From: an uncultured Gemmatimonadales bacterium
GTDB lineage: Bacteria; Gemmatimonadota; Gemmatimonadetes; Gemmatimonadales; GWC2-71-9
Reading direction: 5' to 3'
Assembly (NCBI GenBank): GCA_963771275.1
Contig: CAVYSW010000003.1
Location: 1,472,001 to 1,536,000 of the forward strand
Length of the DNA stretch: 64,000 nt
Both the position numbers and the translations under genes were made by a program. The stretch's first letter is position 1; each line of letters begins with the position of its first letter. A model generated the notes under the pieces. It was not told the origin of the DNA. It worked only from the letters and a program-made list of their open reading frames with translations, and did no database searches. Of this stretch, positions 32,112 through 41,749 are shown piece by piece.

Positions 32112-32649
32112 GCTCCACCTCCTGCAGCAGTCGGCACAGCTCCTCGCGTGCCCGCAGCACCCGCATCTTCAGCGCCGGCACGCTCGCCCCGGTCAACACG
32201 ACCATCTCCTCGTAGCTCAGCTCCTCCACGTGCTTGAGGAGGAAGGCCTCGCGGTGCGCCGGTGCCAGCCGGCCGAGCGCCCAGCGAATCGCCTCGCGCG
32301 AGGCGTGGCGGTCGCTCTCGTCCCACACCGCCGCGCGGGCCATCGCTCCCTCGTCCGCGATCACCGTGCGGTCGCGCCGCGCCCGCTGCGCGCCCGCCGT
32401 CCGGCAGCGGTTGACCAGGATCCCGAACAGCCACGCACCAAACCGCTCGGGGTCCGTGCACCGGCCGAGCGATCGGTACCCCCGGATGAACGTCTCCTGG
32501 AGTGCCTCCTCGGCGTCGGCCTGGTTGCCCAGCATCCGCACCGCGTACCGGCCGAGCCGATCCCGATAGCGGGCGACGAGCCCCGCATAGGCCTCCGTGT
32601 CCCCGGCCAGGACGCGGCGCACGAAGGTCGCGTCGGCGGACTCGGTCAC
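32104..32649 (-). CDS. ECF RNA polymerase sigma factor
   Basis: DAEEALQETF, FGAWLFGILVNRC, LSYEEM..LKMRVLRAR. Start GTG 32649 preferred (ATG 32664 possible). Confidence 0.95.
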   Translation of the reverse strand: MTESADATFVRRVLAGDTEAYAGLVARYRDRLGRYAVRMLGNQADAEEALQETFIRGYRSLGRCTDPERFGAWLFGILVNRCRTAGAQRARRDRTVIADEGAMARAAVWDESDRHASREAIRWALGRLAPAHREAFLLKHVEELSYEEMVVLTGASVPALKMRVLRAREELCRLLQEVERA

Positions 32650-32684
32650 ACCCTCAATACCCATGTGGCGAGTGCGGGGTCACT

Positions 32685-32781
32685 GGGAGGGGAGTGGGGG
32701 GACAGGGGGACAGGGGGAGGGGGGGGAGAGAGGCAGTTCTGCCGTCCCCGCCGCTTCTGCCGCCCCTGCTGCTTCTGCCCC
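32685..32781. repeat. G-tract cluster followed by 9-bp tandem repeats
   Basis: Six runs of 3-8 G (32685-32726); then TTCTGCCGT/CCCCGCCGC/TTCTGCCGC/CCCTGCTGC/TTCTGCCCC. Confidence 0.8.
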
Positions 32782-32836
32782 CGAGTGACGGGGCGCGGCC
32801 CCGGCGGGTATCCCGGGCGGAACCGACGGAGGCTGC

Positions 32837-33745
32837 ATGCGATTGGCTGGACCGGCTGTGCTCATGCTCACCGGGCTCGTGGCCGGATCAGGTTGCTACC
32901 GGGATTCGCTCGGGCCGCAGGCCGATCTGGTTCCGGCGACCGTGCTGCTCACCGACGCGCCGTTCCCCGCCGGTCTGGTCGATCGGGTGGAAGTGTACGT
33001 GTCCCAGATTGCCGCGTCCATGACGGCGGATACCCTCCCGGAGGCTCAGCGGTGGGTGATCGTCGGTGAGCCGCGACGGCGGTTCGACCTGCTCGCGCTG
33101 CAGCAAGGCGCCACCGCGCTCGCCGGCCAGAGCCAGCTCGAGACCGGCCGCTACCTGGCCGTCCGGATGACGGTGAACGGCGACTCGTCCCGCATCGTTT
33201 TGCATGACGGCCGGACCGCCCGCGTGCGCTGGCCGGCCACCGGGGACGTCATCGTCCCGGCCGTGGTCGAGCAGCCGGTCGTCATCTCCGGCAGCGGTGA
33301 CACGCTGGTGCTCGACTTCGACGTGGGGCGGAGCTTCGTCTACAACGTCGACCCGCTGTTCGATTTCGTCTTCGTGCCGGCCTTGCGTGCGGTGCGCGCC
33401 GACAGCACCGGCTGGCTCACCGGGACGGTGCTCGGCGATGCCGACGGCGACGGGGTGGCGCAGCCGATCGCCGATGCACTCGTGACCATGTACCGGGGGA
33501 ACGCGCTCGCGTCCCCTGCCACATGGTGGGCGGTCGCGACCGGGCGCACCAACACGGTCGGCCACTACACGGTCGCGTACCTCACGCCGGGCGCGTATCT
33601 CGTCGTGCTCGAGGCCCCGTGGTCGACACGGCTGGCCGCGATCACCATGCCGGACGTGCTGATCCGCGCCGGCGCGGAATCGCGCCTCGACGTCACGCTG
33701 CCCGACGTCCCCGCGGTGGGCCGCGCGGCGCACTCCTCCCGCTGA
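32837..33745 (+). CDS. DUF4382-like lipoprotein with C-terminal carboxypeptidase-regulatory-like domain
   Basis: Lipobox GSGC; VLLTDAP, FDLLALQ, LVLDFDVGRSF; L.PGAY. Confidence 0.85.
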   Translation: MRLAGPAVLMLTGLVAGSGCYRDSLGPQADLVPATVLLTDAPFPAGLVDRVEVYVSQIAASMTADTLPEAQRWVIVGEPRRRFDLLALQQGATALAGQSQLETGRYLAVRMTVNGDSSRIVLHDGRTARVRWPATGDVIVPAVVEQPVVISGSGDTLVLDFDVGRSFVYNVDPLFDFVFVPALRAVRADSTGWLTGTVLGDADGDGVAQPIADALVTMYRGNALASPATWWAVATGRTNTVGHYTVAYLTPGAYLVVLEAPWSTRLAAITMPDVLIRAGAESRLDVTLPDVPAVGRAAHSSR

Positions 33746-33777
33746 TCTCACGCGTTCCCGAACGACAGGAGCCGCTC

Positions 33778-35274
33778 ATGACGCCTCACTGGTTCGCCAC
33801 GCTCCGCGTGCTCGGCCTGGTCGGAGCCTTGCTGCTCCCGGCCGGAGCGACCGCGCAGCTGATCAACCTCAAGACGCTGCCGGTCGCGGCCGGCGACCAG
33901 TTCATCCTCCAGCCCTCCGCCAACCTCGGCATGGGCGGGGTGTCCATCGCACTCGATGACCCGCTGCTCGACCCGTTCGTGAACCCGGCGCGCGGCGCGC
34001 GCATCGGATCCGCACAGGTCTTCATGCTCCCGACCTACTACTCGATCTCGCAGAACGCCGGCAACGCGAAAACACTCTCGCTGGGCGGGCTGTTCGGCGG
34101 GTCGGGTGCGTTCGGCGGCGGCATCGTCGCCCTGCAGCAGCTCCAGCGGGGCGACGAGTTCTTCGGCCCCATGCCGCTGCGCGAGCTCGACGCCGCGATC
34201 CTGCCGCCCAACGCCCTCGCCGCGCGGTCGGCCCGCAACCTGTACGCGTCCCTGTTCGGCGGCGTCAAGCTGTCGGGCGGCTGGGCGGTGGGCGGAAGCG
34301 CGCTGGTCACCGACCTCGGCGCGATGGATGGTGTGGAGCACCTCTATGCGCTGGCCTCGGCGATCCAGCAGTCCGGCAGCATGGCGGACGTGCGGCTCGG
34401 CGTCCTCAAGCAAACACCGCACGGGGCGGCATTCGAGGCGATGGCCCTGTACGATCGCTTCGACATGACGCACGACGTGAGCTACGTCGACTGGGTGCTG
34501 GTGGACTCGACCACGTGGACCTGGGAGCAGCGCGAGCGGCTGGAGCACAATCAAGACCGGACGCGCACGTGGGGCGCCCATCTCCGCTACACGCGGCCGG
34601 TCGGGACCGCCGGCTGGCGGATCGGCGGGATCCTCACCGCCAACCACAAACAGCACCCCAACATCCCCAACTACGAAATCGTCCAGATCCCGCGCGACCC
34701 GGGTCACAGCAACGCCTTCAATGTCGGCGTCGGATTCGCGAAGGTGTCCGGCGGGACCACGCTGGGCGTCGACCTGATCTACGAGCCGGCCTGGAGCAGC
34801 ACGTGGGCCGAGGCGGCGGCGGACACGGCCACGGTGAGCGGCGACACGATCCGCGCCGGGGGAAGGACGGTGGAGAACGAGTTCAAGTTCTCCAATGCCT
34901 ATGTGAGCCTCGGCGCGCAGCAGGCCGTCGGGCCGGCCGCGTTCCAGCTCGGATTGCAGGTGCGCAGCTACGACTACCACCTCGATCAGTGGGATAACGT
35001 GGCGGACAGCTTCAGGCGGCAGGACGAGCAGTGGATGGAATGGGTGCCGAGCTGGGGCGCCAGCGTCCGGCTCCCCGGCGTCGAGATCCGGTACACCGGG
35101 CGCGTGACCACCGGCACGGGCCGGCCGGGGATTGCCTGGACGGGTGGGGTGGGCGCCCGCGCCGAGGCGGCGGGCATGGCGAACGACATCGTGGTTCCGC
35201 CAGGCGGCCCCCTCACGCTGCAGGACGTGAGCGTGGTGACGCATCAGGTGATGGTGTCGTTGCCGATCAGGTAG
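33778..35274 (+). CDS. outer-membrane beta-barrel hypothetical protein (FadL/PorV-like N-terminus)
   Basis: Signal ending ATA-Q; ANLGMGGVSIALDD..FVNPA; CAGGAG RBS. Confidence 0.75.
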   Translation: MTPHWFATLRVLGLVGALLLPAGATAQLINLKTLPVAAGDQFILQPSANLGMGGVSIALDDPLLDPFVNPARGARIGSAQVFMLPTYYSISQNAGNAKTLSLGGLFGGSGAFGGGIVALQQLQRGDEFFGPMPLRELDAAILPPNALAARSARNLYASLFGGVKLSGGWAVGGSALVTDLGAMDGVEHLYALASAIQQSGSMADVRLGVLKQTPHGAAFEAMALYDRFDMTHDVSYVDWVLVDSTTWTWEQRERLEHNQDRTRTWGAHLRYTRPVGTAGWRIGGILTANHKQHPNIPNYEIVQIPRDPGHSNAFNVGVGFAKVSGGTTLGVDLIYEPAWSSTWAEAAADTATVSGDTIRAGGRTVENEFKFSNAYVSLGAQQAVGPAAFQLGLQVRSYDYHLDQWDNVADSFRRQDEQWMEWVPSWGASVRLPGVEIRYTGRVTTGTGRPGIAWTGGVGARAEAAGMANDIVVPPGGPLTLQDVSVVTHQVMVSLPIR

Positions 35275-35341
35275 CGGGGGAGCGGCAGGAGCGGGGCCGC
35301 CGCGGTCGAATGCGCTATGTTAGTGCGATCGCGGAGGGGTC

Positions 35342-35800
35342 ATGAAGGCAGGGAGACAGGCGACTGCCGCGCTGATCCTGTGGGGTGTCACGGTGGTGGT
35401 CGTGGGAGTGACGTTCTATCGCTCGCACCGGGCGACGCACGCGTCCGCCGATCCGCGCATGGTGATCGCCCTGCCGGGTGCGACGCGTGATTCCGTGCTG
35501 GGCGAAATGCGGGCGATGCTCGCTGCCGTGAACGGCATGCTGAGCGCGTCGGTGCGCGGCGACAGCGCGGCGCTCCGCGCGGCCGCGGCGGCGGCGGGCA
35601 CGGCGCAGGCGATCGCCACGCGCGGGGCCGACCTGCCCGCGGAGTTCCGCAGCCGGGCCGCCGAGACCCACAGCCTGTTCGACAGCGTGGCGGCGGCCGT
35701 CGCGGCGGGCGCGCCGCGAGACACGGTGATGGCCCACCTCGCGCGCCTCGCCGCCGGCTGCACCGCCTGCCACGTGGCGTATCGACTGGGCCCGCGATAG
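35342..35800 (+). CDS. cytochrome c'-like protein
   Basis: N-terminal TM; helical; C-terminal CTACH..YR heme motif. Confidence 0.8.
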   Translation: MKAGRQATAALILWGVTVVVVGVTFYRSHRATHASADPRMVIALPGATRDSVLGEMRAMLAAVNGMLSASVRGDSAALRAAAAAAGTAQAIATRGADLPAEFRSRAAETHSLFDSVAAAVAAGAPRDTVMAHLARLAAGCTACHVAYRLGPR

Positions 35801-35902
35801 CCTGGTGACCGCGGCGCGAGCCGCGCCCGTCTCATCGGGCAGATCGCGGCCGAGTGGCCGCTTGAGCGGCGTTCTGGAGGTGGGTTGCGGTGGCCCGAGC
35901 CT

Positions 35903-37483
35903 TCAGTGCGCCGCGGAGTCGGGCGCCTGTGGCCCCGCCAGCCGGGCGAGCAGCGCCGCCGCGCGCGCGGCCGGCACCCCCATGTTGGCGCCGCCGTACT
36001 CGGGCTGAATCGCGGCCGCGATCGCCACCACCTCCCCGGCGAGGTTGAGCACCGGGCCGCCGCTCCCACCGTGCGTCGTTTCCGCGTCGAACACGACCGC
36101 CGCCGCCGTCACCTGCCCAACGATGCCCTGGCTGGCGAGCGGGCTGATGTGGCCGCTTTGCGAGAGCTTGAGCGCGGCGGTCCAGAAGGTGAGCGTGCTG
36201 TCCGCGAGCAACTGGCGGACGAACGCCGCGTCCGCGCGGGCCATGAGCGCCCGCATGCCGAGCGGGTAGCCCAGCACGATCACCTCATCACCGGCCGCCG
36301 GGGCGTCGGTGTGCAGCGTCAGGGCGGCACTCAGGGCGGCGGGCCCCGTGGCCCGCAGCACCGCGAGATCGGACGAGTCGTCCACGGCGACGAGCGAGAG
36401 ATCGAATCCATCGGGCACGCCCGGCAGGTAGCCGCGGAACCGCTCGAGCACGGGAGCGAAGCCGCGCTTGAGAATGGCCTGGGCCGCGTCATCCGACTCC
36501 CACGGCACCGCCACATGACGATTCGTGAGTATCAGCCCGCCGACGCCCGCCACGAAGCCCGTGCCGGTGACGAGCGCCTCGACCACGGGGCCGTCGCCGT
36601 CGAGCGTGAGGACCGGGTCGCCGTCGGCGTCGCTCAGCAGGCTGCCGTCGGGGCCCACCGCGCGGCGGAGCGGACGCTGCGATGCCTGCTCGATAAAATG
36701 GTACGCGGTCTGGAGGAAGGCCGTCGACCGCGCGGCTGTCGCGATCACCTTACTGCCGGCCCGCGAGCGCGATTCGAGCGCCTCGAGACGGGTGCTCGCC
36801 GCGTGCAGCTCGGTGAGCAAGGTGTCGATCTGCCGGGGGCCGAGCGCGTTCCGGCCGACCTGCGCCGCCGGCCCCGCGATCTGCGCCAGGCGCTGTTCGA
36901 GCGTGTAGTTGCGATAGGCCAGCAGGCCCACGGCGCCGCCCAGGAGCACCAGCACCGCGGCGACGGCTCCGCGGAAGCGCCGGGTCGTGCGGGTTGCGAG
37001 TTCGAGCGGCACCGCCGTGACCAGCCGGCCGGCCGTCTTGAGCGTGCCGCTCTTGCTGTACCGCGCGGTCGCCCGCCAGTCGGCGAACACATCGCTCACC
37101 GATTTCGCCGGCTCCGCGCCCGCGGCGTACAACCGGAAGCGCAGCACCGGCCCGCCGGCCCCGATCTCCACCACGTCGCCGGACGCGAGCACCAGGCGCG
37201 CAATCCGTTCGCCGTTCACCCAGACGGGGCAGTCGGGCTGCGGCGCGATCTCGTAGCTCGCGCCGCGCCGTGCGAGTGTGGCGCAGTGGCCGTCCGCCGG
37301 TGCGGCGAAATCCGACGCGCTCACGCGCACGTCGGCGTCGGCGCCAGTGCCCACCCGCACGCGCTCGCCGCGCAGCCGGACGCTCGCGCCACGATGCGCG
37401 CCGGACAGATGGATCATCACCGCGGTCGGTGGATGCGTGGGGGCCAGCGGAGGCGGGGACGGGGGAACGACGTCGTCTTCCAT
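35903..37483 (-). CDS. FHA-like domain + TM + trypsin-like serine protease
   Basis: WVNG..LASGDVVEIG (FHA); catalytic triad TNRHV, SDLAVL, GGSGGP. Confidence 0.87.
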   Translation of the reverse strand: MEDDVVPPSPPPLAPTHPPTAVMIHLSGAHRGASVRLRGERVRVGTGADADVRVSASDFAAPADGHCATLARRGASYEIAPQPDCPVWVNGERIARLVLASGDVVEIGAGGPVLRFRLYAAGAEPAKSVSDVFADWRATARYSKSGTLKTAGRLVTAVPLELATRTTRRFRGAVAAVLVLLGGAVGLLAYRNYTLEQRLAQIAGPAAQVGRNALGPRQIDTLLTELHAASTRLEALESRSRAGSKVIATAARSTAFLQTAYHFIEQASQRPLRRAVGPDGSLLSDADGDPVLTLDGDGPVVEALVTGTGFVAGVGGLILTNRHVAVPWESDDAAQAILKRGFAPVLERFRGYLPGVPDGFDLSLVAVDDSSDLAVLRATGPAALSAALTLHTDAPAAGDEVIVLGYPLGMRALMARADAAFVRQLLADSTLTFWTAALKLSQSGHISPLASQGIVGQVTAAAVVFDAETTHGGSGGPVLNLAGEVVAIAAAIQPEYGGANMGVPAARAAALLARLAGPQAPDSAAH

Positions 37484-37581
37484 GCGGTGACTCCGATCGC
37501 GACCGGGTCCTCGATGAGAACCGCCTGTTGAGGGCTGGCTCGGCGTGTAAGTTAGGGCATTCCCCCGTGAGAGATGTCCGC

Positions 37582-39216
37582 GTGGCCGATCGAGGGCAGC
37601 GCCGGTTGGGAGGCTGGGGGTTCGAGGGAGAGAGCTTCCCCCCTCGGCCCCGCTGCTGGCGTGGCTCGAAGCTCATCTCGGCACCACGACGCCGCTGCCC
37701 GCCGGAGACCCGGCGCACGCACGGCTCGAGGCACCCCGGTCACTCCCGACGCTCGGCGCCTCCGTCTCCACGACGAGCCGCGATCGCCTGTTGCACGCGC
37801 GCGGCCAGGGGTTCCCCGACCTCGTCCGCATGCGAGCGGGCGCGATCGGCCGCGTACCGGACGCGGTCGTCTGCCCTGCCGGCGACACCGAAACGGAGGC
37901 GGTGCTGCACGCCTGCGCGCGCGCGGGCGTCGTCGTCGTTCCCTGGGGCGGCGGCACGTCGGTCACCGGCGGGGTGAACGTCGCCCCTGGAGACGGGCCG
38001 GCGGTGAGTCTCGACCTGACGCGCCTTGCCGGTCTCGAGACGCTCGATGCCGTGTCGGGCCTCGCCGCCGTGGGGGCCGGCACGCTCGGCCCCGCGCTCG
38101 AGCGCGCGCTCGCCGCGCGCGGGTTCACGTTGGGGCACTTCCCGCAGTCGTGGGAGCTGTCGAGCGTGGGCGGGTGGATCGTCACCCGCTCCTCGGGGCA
38201 GGAGTCGCTCGGCTATGGCTCGATCGACGATCTGGTGGCGGGCCTCACGCTGATCGCTCCAGCTGGGCGTCTCGACCTTCCGGCCTGTCCCGCCAGCGCG
38301 GCCGGCCCCGATCTCCGCGAGCTGGTCTTGGGGAGCGAGGGCCGGCTCGGCGTGGTGACGCGGGCCACGCTGCGCGTGCGCCCGCGCCCGGCGCGCGTTG
38401 CGGTGATCGGCGCCCTCGCCCCGGCGTGGGAGGCCGGACTCGAGGCGTCGCGGGCCCTGGTGCAGGGCGAGGGACGGCTCACGCTGCTCCGGCTGTCGGA
38501 CGAGCCCGAGACGCAGGTGGCGATGACGCTCGGCCTGTCGCGGCTGGGCGCCCTGGCTCCGCTGGTCCATCGGCTGGCTCGCGCTCCGGGGCGTGCGGGA
38601 CCGCGGCTGCCTCATGCTCGTCGGTGCCGCGGGGTCGGAGCGCCACGTGCGCCGCGAGCTCGCGCGCGCCCGGGCATTGCTCCGGCGCCACCGGGCGGTG
38701 GGGCTCGGAGCGCGGCCCGGACAGACGTGGCTCGCCGACCGGTTCCGCCACCCGTACCTGCGTGACGCGCTGCTCGAGCGCGGCGTCGCGACGGACACCC
38801 TGGAGACGGCGGCCCCGTGGTCCCGCGTGCCCGCGCTCGCGCAGGCGGTGCGCGCGGCGCTGGCGAGCGCGCTCGAACGGGAGAGCGAGCGGGTCGCCGT
38901 GCTGTGCCACGTCTCGCATCCCTATCCCGACGGGGCGTCGCTCTACTTCACCTTCTTCTTCCGTTGCCCCGCCGATCCCGATGCGGCCGTGGCCCGCTGG
39001 GCGACGATCAAGCGGGCGGCGACGACGGCCATCGTGGCGGGCGGCGGTACGCTGAGTCATCATCACGGCGTCGGCGCCTGGCACGCACCGTGGCTGGCGC
39101 GCGAGGTCGGCCAGACGGGTGTCGATCTGCTGCGCGCGGCGGCGACCCGGCTGGATCCCACTGGGGTCCTCAATCCGCACGTCCTGCTCGATCCGACGGA
39201 TCGACTGGAGAGCTGA
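37582..39216 (+). pseudogene. FAD-linked oxidase, alkyl-DHAP synthase-like; split by two frameshifts (or sequencing errors)
   Basis: RRLGGWG N-terminus in frame 1; GGGTSV, GHFPQS, GSEGRLG in frame 3; CHVSH.YPDGASLYF, SHHHGVG in frame 1. Shifts near 37640 and 38572. Confidence 0.85.
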
Positions 39217-39218
39217 TC

Positions 39219-40838
39219 ATGTTCCATCCAGGATGGCGCGAGCGTGCCGTGGCGGCCCTCGACGAGCCGTTCGACCTGATCATCATCGGGGGCGGGATCA
39301 CCGGTGCCGGTATCCTGCTGGACGCCGCGCAGCGCGGCCTCCGCGTGCTGCTGGTCGAACGCCAGGACATCGCGTCCGGCACGTCGTCCCGGTCGTCCAA
39401 GCTGGTGCATGGCGGGCTGCGCTACCTCAAGCAGATGCACTTCCGGATCACGCGGCTCGCCTGCCGGGAGCGAGATCGGATGGTGGCGCTCGATCGGCAT
39501 CTGGTGCGCCCGATCCAGTTTCTCTACCCCGCCCGCCAGAGTGACGCGACGCCGGGATGGACCGTGGACCTGGGGCTGTGGATGTACGATCGGCTCACGA
39601 GCCGGCCGCAGCGGCACCGGCACCTCGACCGCGAGGAGGTCGCCGCGATGGCCCCGGGCCTCGACCTCGAGGGGCTGGATCGGGCGATGGTCTACACCGA
39701 TGCGATGGCGGACGACGCCGTCCTCACCCTGGCCGTCGCCGCCACGGGCTTCGCGTTCGGTGGTCTCATGCTCACGCGTGCCGAAGCCGCCGAGCCGATC
39801 CTCGGGGCGGACGGCCTGATCCACGGCGTCGTGCTGCGCGATCTCGAGACCGGCCGGGCGCATCACGTCCGCGCGCACGTCGTGATCAACGCCACGGGCG
39901 TGTGGGTCGATCGCGTGCGCGACGCGTTCGGCCTGCCGGGCACGCATCTCCGTCCGTCGCGGGGCTCCCACCTCGTGCTGCGCACGGCGACACTGCCGTT
40001 CAAGGCGGCGGTGACGATCCCGTCGCCGGACGACGGCCGGCCGGTGTTCGTGATCCCTCATCCCGAGGGCGTGCTGGTGGGCACCACCGACATCTACCAC
40101 GAAGGCCGGCTCGACGACCCACGGCCGACGCAGAACGAGGTGGACTACCTGCTGCGCGCACTGCGCTCGCAATTCCCCAGCCGGAACGTGTCGCAGCGCG
40201 ACGTGGTCGGCGCGTTCGCGGGCTTAAGGCCGATCCTCGACACGCACGCCGAGAACCCATCCGAGGCGAGTCGCGAGGAGGCGATCTGGGAGGAAAGGGG
40301 CATGCTGTCGGTGGCGGGCGGCAAGCTCACCACGTGGCGCGTGACCGCGGCGGAGGCCGTGGAGGAAGCGCTCAAGCTCCTTCCCGAGGAGCGCGTGGAC
40401 AACGTGGGCCCGAGTCTCACCGAAGGAACGCCGCTTGCCGGCTTGGCGCCGCCGCAGCTGCCGGCGGCGCTGCGCGAGCGGGCGGACCTGCTCGACTCCG
40501 TGGCGGAGGGGATGGCCCGCCGGCTGCGTGACTACGCGTGGTGGGCGCTCCACCTGTCGCGTGACCGGCGGGAGCTCGATCCGCTGTTGCCCGGCACCGA
40601 CCTGTCGGCGGCGGAGGTGCGGGTGCACCTGCGCTTCGGCGCCGTGCTGCATCTGGAAGACCTGCTGCTGCGACGCGCCCGGGTGGGCCTGTGGGAGCCG
40701 GAGCGCGCCCGCGCGCTCGTGCCGTTGCTGCGGCTGCTGTTCGCGCAGGAGCTGGGGTGGGACAACGCGCGCTGGGGAAGCGAGGAGGCGGGTTTCGCCC
40801 AGGCGCTCGAAGCCTGGACGCCGGAGGGCATACGGTGA
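39219..40838 (+). CDS. glpD: FAD-dependent glycerol-3-phosphate dehydrogenase
   Basis: GGGITGAG, GTSSRSSKLVHGGLRYL, NATGVW, AGLRP, GGKLTT. Confidence 0.93.
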   Translation: MFHPGWRERAVAALDEPFDLIIIGGGITGAGILLDAAQRGLRVLLVERQDIASGTSSRSSKLVHGGLRYLKQMHFRITRLACRERDRMVALDRHLVRPIQFLYPARQSDATPGWTVDLGLWMYDRLTSRPQRHRHLDREEVAAMAPGLDLEGLDRAMVYTDAMADDAVLTLAVAATGFAFGGLMLTRAEAAEPILGADGLIHGVVLRDLETGRAHHVRAHVVINATGVWVDRVRDAFGLPGTHLRPSRGSHLVLRTATLPFKAAVTIPSPDDGRPVFVIPHPEGVLVGTTDIYHEGRLDDPRPTQNEVDYLLRALRSQFPSRNVSQRDVVGAFAGLRPILDTHAENPSEASREEAIWEERGMLSVAGGKLTTWRVTAAEAVEEALKLLPEERVDNVGPSLTEGTPLAGLAPPQLPAALRERADLLDSVAEGMARRLRDYAWWALHLSRDRRELDPLLPGTDLSAAEVRVHLRFGAVLHLEDLLLRRARVGLWEPERARALVPLLRLLFAQELGWDNARWGSEEAGFAQALEAWTPEGIR

Positions 40839-41731
40839 GCGCCATCGCGGTGTTCATCAATCCGCGCTCGGGGCGGGGTCACGCCCGCGAGCTGTGGGAG
40901 GCGCTCAGCCGGAGCGAGCCCCGCCTCCAGTCCGCGCGTGTCGTGGCCGCGCCCGACGCGCACCGCGCGCGCGCGGAGCTGGTCCGGGTGCTGGCCGAGC
41001 CCGCGGAGCGGGTCCTGGTGCTTGGTGGGGACGGGACCGTGCACCTCGTGGGCAACGTGCTGCTCGACCTCGGGCTCGGCACCAAGGTGGCGCTGGGCGT
41101 GATCCCGGCTGGGACCGGGTCCGATCTCGCGCGAACGCTGCGCCTGCCCAGTGCGCCGCGGGCGGCGCTGGCGCGCGCGCTCGACGCCACACCCCGGAAG
41201 ATGGACGTGCTGATGGTCGAGGCGGACGACGGGCGGCGGCGCCACGTGCTGAACGTGGCGTCGGCGGGGATCTCGGGGCTGGTGGATCAGGCGGTGAACG
41301 CGCTCTCCAGGCGGGGCACGCTCGCGTATTTGCGCGCCACACTGGGCGCGGTGGGCCGGTACCGGAACGTGCCGTGTCGGGTCACGGTGGACGGCGAGGT
41401 TTGGCACGAGGGCGACATCCTGCTCGTGGCGATCGCCAACGGCGCCACGTTCGGGAACGGGATGAAGGTGGCTCCGGGCGCGCGGCCGGACGACGGCGTG
41501 GCGGACGTGGTGCTGGTGGGGCCGATCCCCCGCTGGCAGCTGCCGCTCCGCCTGCCGCAGATCTACCTCGGCACCCACGTCCACGCGCGCTACGTCCGCA
41601 CCGGCCGTGCCCAGCGCGTGCGGCTCGAGCCGCTCGGTCTGTTTCCGCCGTTCGACGTGGATGGGGAGATGTTCGCCGCCGGCGCGGCGACGGTCACGCT
41701 CGTGCCGGGGGCCCTGCTGGTCTCCGCCTGA
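40835..41731 (+). CDS. diacylglycerol/lipid kinase family (YegS/BmrU-like)
   Basis: NPRSG, GGDGT, PAGTGSD, FGNG, DGE; GTGA overlap with glpD. Confidence 0.92.
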   Translation: MSAIAVFINPRSGRGHARELWEALSRSEPRLQSARVVAAPDAHRARAELVRVLAEPAERVLVLGGDGTVHLVGNVLLDLGLGTKVALGVIPAGTGSDLARTLRLPSAPRAALARALDATPRKMDVLMVEADDGRRRHVLNVASAGISGLVDQAVNALSRRGTLAYLRATLGAVGRYRNVPCRVTVDGEVWHEGDILLVAIANGATFGNGMKVAPGARPDDGVADVVLVGPIPRWQLPLRLPQIYLGTHVHARYVRTGRAQRVRLEPLGLFPPFDVDGEMFAAGAATVTLVPGALLVSA

Positions 41732-41749
41732 GGGGAACGCGCGGCGCCC

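Noticed and set aside
37638..37643. Programmed ribosomal frameshift in the FAD oxidase gene
   Set aside because: A second, opposite shift near 38572 has no slippery sequence; indel errors or decay are more parsimonious.
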